A program made the translations under genes and the position numbers. From Treponema sp. (GTDB lineage: Bacteria > Spirochaetota > Spirochaetia > Treponematales > Treponemataceae): a DNA stretch of 64,000 bases. This document shows positions 9,908 through 18,545 of the stretch, one piece after another (the first letter of the stretch is position 1; every line of letters starts with the position of its first letter). Below the pieces are notes generated by a model. That model was not told the origin of the DNA, did no database searches, and saw only the letters and a list, made by a program, of their open reading frames with translations. The stretch spans positions 5,850 through 69,849 of the forward strand of contig JAHAZJ010000022.1 of NCBI GenBank assembly GCA_018385315.1, written 5' to 3'.

Positions 9908-9930
9908 TTAAAGAATTTAATTAAAGAATT
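9905..9930. repeat. perfect 13-bp tandem direct repeat (TAATTAAAGAATT x2)
   Basis: Copies at 9905-9917 and 9918-9930 are identical. The first copy starts at the FliG-like stop codon, and the pair lies 20 nt upstream of the M16 peptidase start. Confidence 0.8.
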
Positions 9931-9949
9931 CAAAAAAAAGGATATATAT

Positions 9950-12900
9950 ATGTTTGATTTTACAGCTCCAGAAAATATTGGAAAAGAATACAAAGATTTT
10001 GTTTTACTCGCTATTGATGATTTACCAGATTTTAAAACTAAGGCTGTTTATTTAAGACACAAAAAAACAGGACTTGAAGTATATCATATTCTTGCAGAGG
10101 ATAAAGAAAATCTTTTTGCTTTTGCGTTTAGAACTATTTCAAAAGATTCTTTAGGTACAGCTCATATTATGGAACATTCTACATTGTGTGGCTCAGAGCG
10201 ATTTCCACTAAAAGAACCTTTTACAACTTTGGCAGGTCAGAGTCTTAATACTTTTCTAAACGCCATGACATATCCCGATAAGACTGTATATCCGGCAGCA
10301 AGTTTAGTCCCTTCAGATTACTTTAATATGATGGATGTTTATGCAGATGCTGTGTTTTTTCCAAAGTTGGATTATACAACTTTTATGCAGGAAGGCCATC
10401 GTCTTGAAATTGATGATAATGGTAAGGTTAGTATTCAAGGTGTAGTTTATAATGAGATGAAAGGTAATTATTCTTCATTTTTTCAGATTGCCTTTTCTCA
10501 GTTAGTTGGAGCAATGTATCCGGAAAGTTATCCTGCCTTTGATTCTGGTGGGGATCCAATAGAAATTCCAAATCTTACATATCAGCAATTTTTGGATTTT
10601 CATCAGAAATTTTATAATCCTGATAACTGTCTTTTATTTTTGTATGGAGATATTCCAACAAGCCAGCAACTGGATTTTATTACAGAAAAATTTATTTCTC
10701 GTATCCAAGAAAAATACAATTGTAAAACTGATATTCCAAATTTCGATTCAAAGCTTCCTCTTGTAAAAGATAGTGTAAAAGAATTGATGAAGTTAAATTT
10801 CCAGCCTGCATCAATTGATATAAAAGATTATGCTTGTGAAGAAGGGGCAACAGGCAGTCTTGTAACTACAAACTGGTATTCTGGTGAGTATAATTGTGAA
10901 AAAGCTTTTTTATCAGAAGTTCTTTGTGGCAATGATAGTTCTCCTGTGTCAAAAATTCTTAAGGATAGCGGGCTTGGTGATGATTTAGTCTGTGGAAATT
11001 TTGGTCAATTTCAGACAGAAATATTTACCTTTGGACTTTCTGGCGTAAAAAAAGGGAATGAAAAAAAAGTTTATGATTTAATTGAAAAAACAATAACAGA
11101 CCTGTATGAAAATGAAATCAGCCAGCAGGATATTGATTCTGCAATTATGGGAATTGATTTTAATCTTCGTGAGCAAAAAAGATTTGGTGGACCATATTCT
11201 ATAAGACTTATGGAATATGTTTTAAAAGGTTGGTCTGTTGGTAAAGCCTGTTCCACAAGATTAAGTCCTATATCAGATTTTGAAAAATTAAAGAGTAAAA
11301 TTAATAAAAGCTTTATTAAGGAACTTATAAATAAATATTTTATAAAAAATGAAACAAAAGTTCGTTTTATAAGTGAACCGTCTGCTCTTTATTTTAAAGA
11401 AAGAGAAAAAATTGAAAAAGAATTAACAGAAAAAATAAAACAAGAAACTGATTTGAATAATCTAAAAAAAGAACTGGATGCTTTGCATAAAGAACAACAG
11501 CGAAAAGAAACTCCCGAAGAATTAGCTTGTATTCCTCATACAAAAATCAGTGAATTAGATTCAAAAATTGAATATAAAGAACCAGTTTTAGAATATCTTA
11601 CAAATGCTAATAAAGAAAAAATTCCTTTATTCATTAATGATGTTAATACAAATGGTATTTTTTATGTAGATGTTTGTTTTCCATTCGACTGTATAAATCC
11701 TGAAGATTTTCAATATATTACTTTTCTGGCAGATGTTATTACTAATCTTGGATGGAATAACAAAAAGTGGGACCAGTGTATTGCGGAGTCAGCTTGTATT
11801 ATGGGTGATACCTATGGTGGAATATTGGCTGGAGCCACAAGCCCATCAGAAGGCAGCAAAAAAATGATGGATAAATATAAGGATGATAATTTTATTGGCA
11901 GATATTGGCTTTGCATTTCTTGTAAAGCTCTTACTTCCTATGCTAAACAAACCTTAGATTTATTTTCACAAATCATTACAACAATGGACTTTAAGGATAC
12001 AAAAAGATTTAGCACTTTACTTAATGAACTTATTGCTGACACAAAATCTACTTTTGTTTCAGAAGGAAGAAATTTATCTGCAAAATGGGCTAGAGCACTT
12101 TGTTCTGTAAATTCAACAATGAAAGAAATCTTGTATGGTTTTTCACAAGTAAATACTGTTATGAAGTATAAAAAAATGAAACCTGTGAAAATTCTGAATA
12201 AATTTCAAGATTTATATAATCAGTGTAGACAAGCCGGTGGAATAATTCATGTTTATGCTGATGGGGATTCCCTTAAAACAATAAAACCAATGCTTCAACC
12301 ATTTGCAGAAGAAATTCAAATTAGAAAGCTTCAGCCCAAAAAAGAACTTACAATTGAGATGCTAAAGCCCTATGTCTATGAGTATAAACAATGTGATGAT
12401 GACTTTGCTCAGACCGATATTAAAGTTGATTCTCAAACTGGTTATGGCGTTCTTGTTTCTAGTAATTCTTCATATTTTGCAAAAGAAATTTCAGCAGAAT
12501 TAGTATTGGCAAATTGGCTTAATACCCATTCTTTGTGGGATAAGCTTCGAACTACAGGTGGTGCATATGGAGCTTCGGTGACTATAGATGGCATAAGCTG
12601 TTTAAGTGTAATGGGAACATATCGTGATCCATCTCCGGAAAAATCACTGCAGGTTTACCTTGATACATTAAACGAATTGCAAAATGCAGAGTTTACTTAC
12701 GATGATATTGAAAGAACCATTGTAACAATTTATGGGGATCGGATTTGCCCGGATTCCCCAAAAGCAACTGCATTAGACAGTTTTGAAAGAATGATTTATG
12801 CAAACAACAATGAATTGATGCAAAAAAAACTTGAACAATTGCTGGCTGTAACTCCTGAAGACGTGAAGGATGCTGCAAAAAGATTATATGAAAATACATT

Positions 12901-12976
12901 AAAAATGTGCAAAAAGGTTGTATTTTGTCAGAAAAAAAGTAAAACTAGTGGTAAAACTTTAAAATTACCATTATAA
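9950..12976 (+). CDS. M16-family (insulinase/PreP-like) zinc metallopeptidase, ~1000 aa
   Basis: Inverted zinc motif HxxEH (AHIMEHSTLCGS) near the N-terminus. The length fits a four-domain M16C layout. SD AAGGA upstream. Confidence 0.85.
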   Translation: MFDFTAPENIGKEYKDFVLLAIDDLPDFKTKAVYLRHKKTGLEVYHILAEDKENLFAFAFRTISKDSLGTAHIMEHSTLCGSERFPLKEPFTTLAGQSLNTFLNAMTYPDKTVYPAASLVPSDYFNMMDVYADAVFFPKLDYTTFMQEGHRLEIDDNGKVSIQGVVYNEMKGNYSSFFQIAFSQLVGAMYPESYPAFDSGGDPIEIPNLTYQQFLDFHQKFYNPDNCLLFLYGDIPTSQQLDFITEKFISRIQEKYNCKTDIPNFDSKLPLVKDSVKELMKLNFQPASIDIKDYACEEGATGSLVTTNWYSGEYNCEKAFLSEVLCGNDSSPVSKILKDSGLGDDLVCGNFGQFQTEIFTFGLSGVKKGNEKKVYDLIEKTITDLYENEISQQDIDSAIMGIDFNLREQKRFGGPYSIRLMEYVLKGWSVGKACSTRLSPISDFEKLKSKINKSFIKELINKYFIKNETKVRFISEPSALYFKEREKIEKELTEKIKQETDLNNLKKELDALHKEQQRKETPEELACIPHTKISELDSKIEYKEPVLEYLTNANKEKIPLFINDVNTNGIFYVDVCFPFDCINPEDFQYITFLADVITNLGWNNKKWDQCIAESACIMGDTYGGILAGATSPSEGSKKMMDKYKDDNFIGRYWLCISCKALTSYAKQTLDLFSQIITTMDFKDTKRFSTLLNELIADTKSTFVSEGRNLSAKWARALCSVNSTMKEILYGFSQVNTVMKYKKMKPVKILNKFQDLYNQCRQAGGIIHVYADGDSLKTIKPMLQPFAEEIQIRKLQPKKELTIEMLKPYVYEYKQCDDDFAQTDIKVDSQTGYGVLVSSNSSYFAKEISAELVLANWLNTHSLWDKLRTTGGAYGASVTIDGISCLSVMGTYRDPSPEKSLQVYLDTLNELQNAEFTYDDIERTIVTIYGDRICPDSPKATALDSFERMIYANNNELMQKKLEQLLAVTPEDVKDAAKRLYENTLKMCKKVVFCQKKSKTSGKTLKLPL

Positions 12977-12998
12977 TTTTAGAAAATAGGTGATACTT

Positions 12999-13214
12999 AT
13001 GGATAAGAAGACGAAAGAATGTATACAGATGCTTAGAGATTTAGTTTCAGATGTTCAGGGTGCTCCATTTCCTGGAAATGTTGATCCTGAATTGTATTCA
13101 ATTTGGTATGAACATGCTCAGAGAGCAGCTGTTGCTTGTTTTGAATATCTTGACGAAAATTTTCCAAAAGAAAAAAACGAATTAGATAAATCTATCGATA
13201 AATTATTTGACTAA
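12999..13214 (+). CDS. small hypothetical protein (71 aa)
   Basis: ATG 12999 is preceded by AGGTGA. The listed GTG 12990 overlaps that SD. No recognisable motif. Confidence 0.4.
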   Translation: MDKKTKECIQMLRDLVSDVQGAPFPGNVDPELYSIWYEHAQRAAVACFEYLDENFPKEKNELDKSIDKLFD

Positions 13215-13285
13215 TTTTTATATTTTTCTAACCTTTATTTTATATATGCCGATATTGTATATAGGGAAATAATAGGTGGTAAAAT

Positions 13286-14461
13286 ATGGCTGTTTCAAAA
13301 AAAGGCTTAAAATATAATAGATTCGGGCTAAACAAATCTCACAAAAAGGTCGGAATCAATTATTGGCGATTTTTCTTTTGTGCAAAATCAAAAGAGTCGG
13401 GTTTAGAAAGCACATTTTTCATTGAATATGAAATGCTTAATCCTTGGCTTTCTCCAGTTGAACCCGTATTAGGTTTTAAACCTCGCATTAAAATAAGTGA
13501 AGACGACTTACAGTACGCATTAGCAGGTACTTCAAGTGCATTAGGGTTAGAATCAGAAAAAATGGTTACACCTTCATATGTAGCACTTAGAATTGGTAAG
13601 TTAGATTCTTCCCCAAAACATCTGTGCGAATATATTCCACTTAAAAATATCAAATTCAATTCCAAACCATTTGAAATTATTACAGGTAATAATAAAATTT
13701 CTGATAATGAACTTTGTGGTGAAATGTTAGTTTCCTATGAAGAACATCAAAAACATCCTGAATATTTATGTGATCAGGGAATTGCTACCTGGAATCTAAA
13801 ATATGATGTTATAAAAGAATCTGTTGATGGTTATGAAAATCCAACAGACAAATGGTTTCCAATTGGAATGCATGCATATTTTTCTGGTATTGTTAGTTTT
13901 GATGGCGTTGAATATGAAGTTGAACCTAAAAAATCATCTGGTTATATAGAAAGATTTTGGGGAAAGTCATTCCCAGAAAAATGGTTTCACTTATCATCGT
14001 CAACACTTTCCAGCCTGATTTCTGGAAATACATTGTTTAATTCTTGTTTTGCTATTCATGGTGTTTTTGAAGATAAAATTTCATTCTTGGGTGATTTTGA
14101 AGGAACTGAATTTTCATTCTGCCCAAATACAATGAAAAGAACTGATTCTGCTGTTTGGAATTGTTTAGAAGCACCAGAATTGGATCAGGATGAAGATAAA
14201 AGATTACATTGGTCTGTTAGTCTTTCTAGTAAAATCTGGGTTATTGATATTGATATTTATTGTAAAGAAAAAGATTTGTACAATAGAATTCTTGAGCTAC
14301 CAGAAGGAAAGAGAAAAGTATTGAATATGGTACAAACAGCTACTGGCATTGGTGAATTGAAGTTGTATAAACGCATTAAAAACGATTTGGAACAGATTGA
14401 ATTTGCTAGAATTACAAATGTTTTATGTGAATTTGGTCATACGGAAGAAGCAGATCTTTAA
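13286..14461 (+). CDS. hypothetical protein, possibly tocopherol-cyclase-like family
   Basis: SD AGGTGG upstream and a terminator downstream. Segments INYWRFFF...TFFIEYEMLNP and YIERFWGKSFPEKWFH recall the conserved blocks of the tocopherol-cyclase-like family. This is from memory and not verified. Confidence 0.6.
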   Translation: MAVSKKGLKYNRFGLNKSHKKVGINYWRFFFCAKSKESGLESTFFIEYEMLNPWLSPVEPVLGFKPRIKISEDDLQYALAGTSSALGLESEKMVTPSYVALRIGKLDSSPKHLCEYIPLKNIKFNSKPFEIITGNNKISDNELCGEMLVSYEEHQKHPEYLCDQGIATWNLKYDVIKESVDGYENPTDKWFPIGMHAYFSGIVSFDGVEYEVEPKKSSGYIERFWGKSFPEKWFHLSSSTLSSLISGNTLFNSCFAIHGVFEDKISFLGDFEGTEFSFCPNTMKRTDSAVWNCLEAPELDQDEDKRLHWSVSLSSKIWVIDIDIYCKEKDLYNRILELPEGKRKVLNMVQTATGIGELKLYKRIKNDLEQIEFARITNVLCEFGHTEEADL

Positions 14462-14498
14462 GTATATTAATTTATAAAAATTAAATATTTTATAAGAC

Positions 14499-14533
14499 AA
14501 AGGGCAGTAAAAAATACTGCTCTTTGTTTTTTT
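14499..14533 (+). terminator. rho-independent terminator
   Basis: AAAGGGCAGTA-aaaa-TACTGCTCTTT followed by GTTTTTTT. Confidence 0.7.
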
Positions 14534-14599
14534 AACTTGCCGAATGAAAAAAAAATAACTAATTTAAACTTCGAAGAACATTTTATTTGGAGGTCTAAA

Positions 14600-17173
14600 A
14601 TGAATTACGAAAATTTTACTATTAAGACACAACAGGCAATTCAAGATGCTTCTTCTATTGCAAATAAAAATGATAATTCCGAAATTGGAACTGCTCATAT
14701 TTTACAGGCACTTCTTGAACAAGAGGATGGATTAATTGTTCCTATTGTTGAAAGAATTGGAGTTCCATCTACAGAATTGTTGAAAAAAATAAAAGATATT
14801 ATCCTTACATATCCAAAGGTAAGTGGTGCCGCTCAAGTATATCTTTCCAGCGATGCTCAAAAAGTACTTGCAAAAGCAGAAAATGAAATGTCTGCATTGC
14901 ATGACCAGTTTTTATCAACAGAACATTTACTTTTAGCAATGACAGTTGTTCAAAACAGCGTTTCCGATGTTTTATCCCGTTGTGGTATTAATCATGAAGC
15001 AATTATTGAGGCATTAAAATCTGTTAGAGGAAATCAGACCGTTGATTCTCAAGATCCAGAGAGTAAATCCAGAGCTTTGGAAAAATATTGTCGTGATTTA
15101 ACTGCTTTAGCTCGTCAAGATAAAATTGACCCTGTTATTGGAAGAGATGAAGAAATCCGTCGTGTAATGCAGGTTTTGTGTCGTAGAACAAAAAATAATC
15201 CTGTTATTATTGGTGAGCCAGGTGTTGGAAAAACAGCAATTGTAGAAGGACTGGCAAGACGAATTGCAAGCAGTGATGTACCAGAAAGCTTAAAAAATAA
15301 AAGACTTCTGGCACTTGATTTAGGAAGTCTTGTAGCCGGAGCAAAATTCCGTGGGGAATTTGAAGAACGATTAAAGGCAATTATAACTGAAGTACAGAAA
15401 TCTGAAGGACAGATAATTCTATTTATTGATGAATTACATACATTGGTTGGTGCAGGTGCTTCAGAAGGTAGTATGGATGCCAGCAATCTTCTTAAACCTG
15501 CCCTTGCTCGAGGAGAATTACGTGCAATTGGTGCTACAACATTAGATGAATATAGAAAATATATTGAAAAAGATGCTGCCCTTGAACGACGATTTCAACA
15601 GGTTTTATGTTCTGAACCAACTGTTGAAGATACAATTGCAATTCTTCGTGGACTTCGTGAAAAATATGAAATTCATCATGGTGTAACTATAGAAGATGAA
15701 GCATTAGTTGCTGCTGCAAATCTTTCTAACAGGTATATAACAACAAGATTTTTACCAGATAAAGCAATTGATCTTGTTGATGAAGCTGCCAGTCGTCTTA
15801 AAATGGAAATTGAAAGCGAACCAACAGAGCTTGATCAGGTAGAAAGAAAAATTTTGCAATTGCAGATTGAAAAACAGTCTTTAAGTAAAGAAACAGATGA
15901 TGCTTCTAAAGAAAGACTTATTAAACTTGAAAAAGAGCTTTCAGAATATACTAACAAGCGGGATTCTATGCGATTGCAATGGCAAAATGAAAAAAACAGC
16001 ATTGATAAAAGCCGTCAGCTTAAAGAAAAACTAGAACAGGCTAAATTCGAAGAAGAAAAATTTAGCAGAGAAGGTAATCTTGAAAAAGCAGCTGAATATA
16101 AATATAGCATTATTCCCCAGCTTCAAAAGGATTTGGAAAATGCTATTCAGGCAGAAAAGGATAAAGCTTCTAGTGGAAAAGAATCTTTACTTCGCCAATC
16201 TGTTACAGAAGAAGATATTGCTAAAGTTGTTTCCTCATGGAGTGGCATTCCTGTTAGCAAGATGATGTCTGGTGAAAAACAAAAGTATTTAGATTTGGAA
16301 TCTGTTTTACATAAACGTGTTATTGGTCAAAATGAAGCAGTTCAGGTTGTTTCAGATGCAATCAGACGTAATAGAAGTGGCTTAAATGATCCAAATAAGC
16401 CATTAGGAAGTTTCTTATTCATTGGTCCAACAGGTGTAGGTAAAACAGAGTTAGCAAAGACACTTGCGGATTTTCTTTTTAATGATGAAAAAGCACTTAC
16501 TCGTATTGATATGAGTGAATATATGGAAAAATTTAGTGTGACTCGTTTAATTGGTGCGCCTCCAGGATACGTAGGTTATGATGAAGGAGGCCAATTAACT
16601 GAAGCTGTAAGAAGAAAACCCTATTCTGTTATTTTGTTTGATGAGGTAGAAAAGGCACATCCAGATGTTTTTAATGTTCTGTTGCAGGTTTTAGATGATG
16701 GTCGTTTAACTGATGGGCAGGGTAGAGTTGTAGATTTTAAGAACACAATCATTATTATGACAAGTAATTTGGGTAGTGAATTAATTCTAGAAGAAGGCAC
16801 TAACAATGAAGTTAAAGAAAAAATCAAATTGTTGTTGCATCAGACTTTCCGCCCTGAATTTCTTAATCGTATTGATGAAACTGTAATGTTCCAGGAATTA
16901 GGAAAAGATTGCATTGGTGAAATTGTAAAACTTCAGTTAGAAAGAGTTGCTTCAAGACTTAAAGATCGAAGAATTACATTGCATTTCCAGCAATCTGCAA
17001 TAGATTTTTTGAGCGAAAAAGGATATGAACCTACAATGGGAGCCCGTCCTGTAAAACGTGCAATTCAGACCTTTGTTGAAAATCCTTTAGCAAAAGAATT
17101 ACTTTCAGGTAGAATAAAAGATGGTGAAACTCTTGAAATAAAATCTGATAACAGTAATTTGATTTTTGGTTAA
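14600..17173 (+). CDS. clpB: ATP-dependent disaggregase ClpB
   Basis: Two AAA+ modules ([15 protein letters not shown] and [18 protein letters not shown]) separated by a long coiled-coil M-domain. Start moved to ATG 14600 (MNYENFT...) with GGAGG 6 nt upstream. Confidence 0.95.
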   Translation: MNYENFTIKTQQAIQDASSIANKNDNSEIGTAHILQALLEQEDGLIVPIVERIGVPSTELLKKIKDIILTYPKVSGAAQVYLSSDAQKVLAKAENEMSALHDQFLSTEHLLLAMTVVQNSVSDVLSRCGINHEAIIEALKSVRGNQTVDSQDPESKSRALEKYCRDLTALARQDKIDPVIGRDEEIRRVMQVLCRRTKNNPVIIGEPGVGKTAIVEGLARRIASSDVPESLKNKRLLALDLGSLVAGAKFRGEFEERLKAIITEVQKSEGQIILFIDELHTLVGAGASEGSMDASNLLKPALARGELRAIGATTLDEYRKYIEKDAALERRFQQVLCSEPTVEDTIAILRGLREKYEIHHGVTIEDEALVAAANLSNRYITTRFLPDKAIDLVDEAASRLKMEIESEPTELDQVERKILQLQIEKQSLSKETDDASKERLIKLEKELSEYTNKRDSMRLQWQNEKNSIDKSRQLKEKLEQAKFEEEKFSREGNLEKAAEYKYSIIPQLQKDLENAIQAEKDKASSGKESLLRQSVTEEDIAKVVSSWSGIPVSKMMSGEKQKYLDLESVLHKRVIGQNEAVQVVSDAIRRNRSGLNDPNKPLGSFLFIGPTGVGKTELAKTLADFLFNDEKALTRIDMSEYMEKFSVTRLIGAPPGYVGYDEGGQLTEAVRRKPYSVILFDEVEKAHPDVFNVLLQVLDDGRLTDGQGRVVDFKNTIIIMTSNLGSELILEEGTNNEVKEKIKLLLHQTFRPEFLNRIDETVMFQELGKDCIGEIVKLQLERVASRLKDRRITLHFQQSAIDFLSEKGYEPTMGARPVKRAIQTFVENPLAKELLSGRIKDGETLEIKSDNSNLIFG

Positions 17174-17177
17174 ATAG

Positions 17178-17219
17178 AAGGGGCTGTCCAAAAAGAATGG
17201 ACAGCCCCTTTCTTTTCTT
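17178..17219 (+). terminator. rho-independent terminator after clpB
   Basis: AAGGGGCTGTCCA-aaaagaa-TGGACAGCCCCTT followed by TCTTTTCTT. Confidence 0.8.
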
Positions 17220-17251
17220 CCCCATCCCTTGCTTTTGTGCTAATATAAATC

Positions 17252-18124
17252 ATGCTTTCGTATCAACATATTTTTCATGCAGGAAATCATGCAGATATTC
17301 TAAAACATTATGTTTTATTGTTTGTCCTTAATTCATTAAATAAAAAAGAAAAACCATATACTTTTTTTGATACTCATAGCGGAAGCGGTTTATATGATTT
17401 GCTGGATAATCGTTCTTTAAAAACAAATGAAGCTGAAAAAGGAATTTTACACATTTTAAATAATAATGTTGATTCAAATTTTTATTTTGATTTTATAAAA
17501 GCTTTTATTGATAATAAACAATATCCGGGTTCCCCTGTAATTGAATTAAAGAACCTTCGTAAAAGTGACTTTTTAGTGTTAAGCGAACTGCATCCCCAGG
17601 AATATTGCAATCTTAAAAATAATATTAATATTCTAAAAGATGAAAACAATTGTTCAGTTGCTGTTCATAATAGAAATGGATGGGAAATGCTAAAAGCTCT
17701 TACACCACCAAAAACAAAGCGGGGTGCTGTTTTAATTGATCCCAGTTATGAAGAAATAAAGGATTATGAAGATGCGGCAGAAACCATAGTCCATGTTAAT
17801 AAAAAATGGAACAATGGTATTATATTATTGTGGTATCCCTTGTTAAATCATAGAAGCCAGATTATTGAAAACATGTTGAACCAGATTATTGAAGGCTGTA
17901 AAAAAAATAATCAAAATATTGAAATTTCAAATTTACAGCTTCTTGTTGATGAAAAAGATGCTCATAAGGAAGTTGCATTAAAGGAGTTTCTAGAGCATTC
18001 TGAAGACAAAAAAAATCCACCCCGGTTGTATGGAAGTGGAATGTTAGTAATAAATTCTCCATGGATGCTTAAAGATAGCACAGAAGCCTTCATTAATGAT
18101 ATTGAAAAAATTATTAGAAGGTAA
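17252..18124 (+). CDS. rlmJ: 23S rRNA (adenine2030-N6)-methyltransferase RlmJ
   Basis: N-terminus MLSYQHIFHAGNHADILKH matches the RlmJ/YhiR signature, and IDPSYE is the catalytic DPxY-type motif. Confidence 0.85.
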   Translation: MLSYQHIFHAGNHADILKHYVLLFVLNSLNKKEKPYTFFDTHSGSGLYDLLDNRSLKTNEAEKGILHILNNNVDSNFYFDFIKAFIDNKQYPGSPVIELKNLRKSDFLVLSELHPQEYCNLKNNINILKDENNCSVAVHNRNGWEMLKALTPPKTKRGAVLIDPSYEEIKDYEDAAETIVHVNKKWNNGIILLWYPLLNHRSQIIENMLNQIIEGCKKNNQNIEISNLQLLVDEKDAHKEVALKEFLEHSEDKKNPPRLYGSGMLVINSPWMLKDSTEAFINDIEKIIRR

Positions 18125-18125
18125 T

Positions 18126-18533
18126 TTAATTTTTTTTCTTACCTTTAAAGAATTCTACAATTTTTTCCCACAGATGTTTGAAAAACAAGAAAATACGATA
18201 AAAGAATCCAGGATTTCTCAGTCTTTCAAGTCTTTTATATCCTTCTAAAAGCTCCTGCTCAGTAAATTCTTTACGCTGATTATTTTCTTCAATCTCCATT
18301 TCTAATTCATCAAGTTCTGTAAGGTTATCGATTACATTAGCATTAATTGAAGTCCAGCCAATTGCCTTTGCAGCTTGTAGTCTTCTTTCTCCAGCAATTA
18401 ATTCATATTTTCTATTAACTGTAATTGGATTCAACAGACCATAAGTTCTTAAGCTATCTTTTAAATCATCAAGATTGCCTAAATCTTTGCGAACCCTTTT
18501 TTTAATTTTAATATCACTGATTTGTATTAACAT
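18126..18533 (-). CDS. stand-alone ParB N-terminal (ParB/Srx, CTPase-fold) domain protein without HTH
   Basis: ParB boxes are present: LLNPITV...YELIAGERRLQAAKAIGW (GERRxxA box II) and EIEENNQRKEFTEQE (box III). The protein ends after ~135 aa in an amphipathic tail FFYRIFLFFKHLWEKIVEFFKGKKKN. SD AAGG upstream, 12 nt after the PBP1A stop. Confidence 0.7.
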   Translation of the reverse strand: MLIQISDIKIKKRVRKDLGNLDDLKDSLRTYGLLNPITVNRKYELIAGERRLQAAKAIGWTSINANVIDNLTELDELEMEIEENNQRKEFTEQELLEGYKRLERLRNPGFFYRIFLFFKHLWEKIVEFFKGKKKN

Positions 18534-18545
18534 ATGTAAACCTTA

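Noticed and set aside
15115-15486. 123-aa antisense ORF inside clpB
   Set aside because: It is embedded opposite the ClpB NBD1 region with no start context or motif. It is a frame artefact.
18122-18128. Convergent gene pairs whose stop codons are 1-10 nt apart with no terminator: rlmJ/ParB-like at 18124/18126, ispF/GGDEF at 59682/59684, lepB/deaD at 55802/55810, miaA/tatD at 52833/52844
   Set aside because: The observation is real, but it is most simply explained by genome compaction. Antisense read-through effects cannot be judged without transcript data, so it is not treated as a distinct system.
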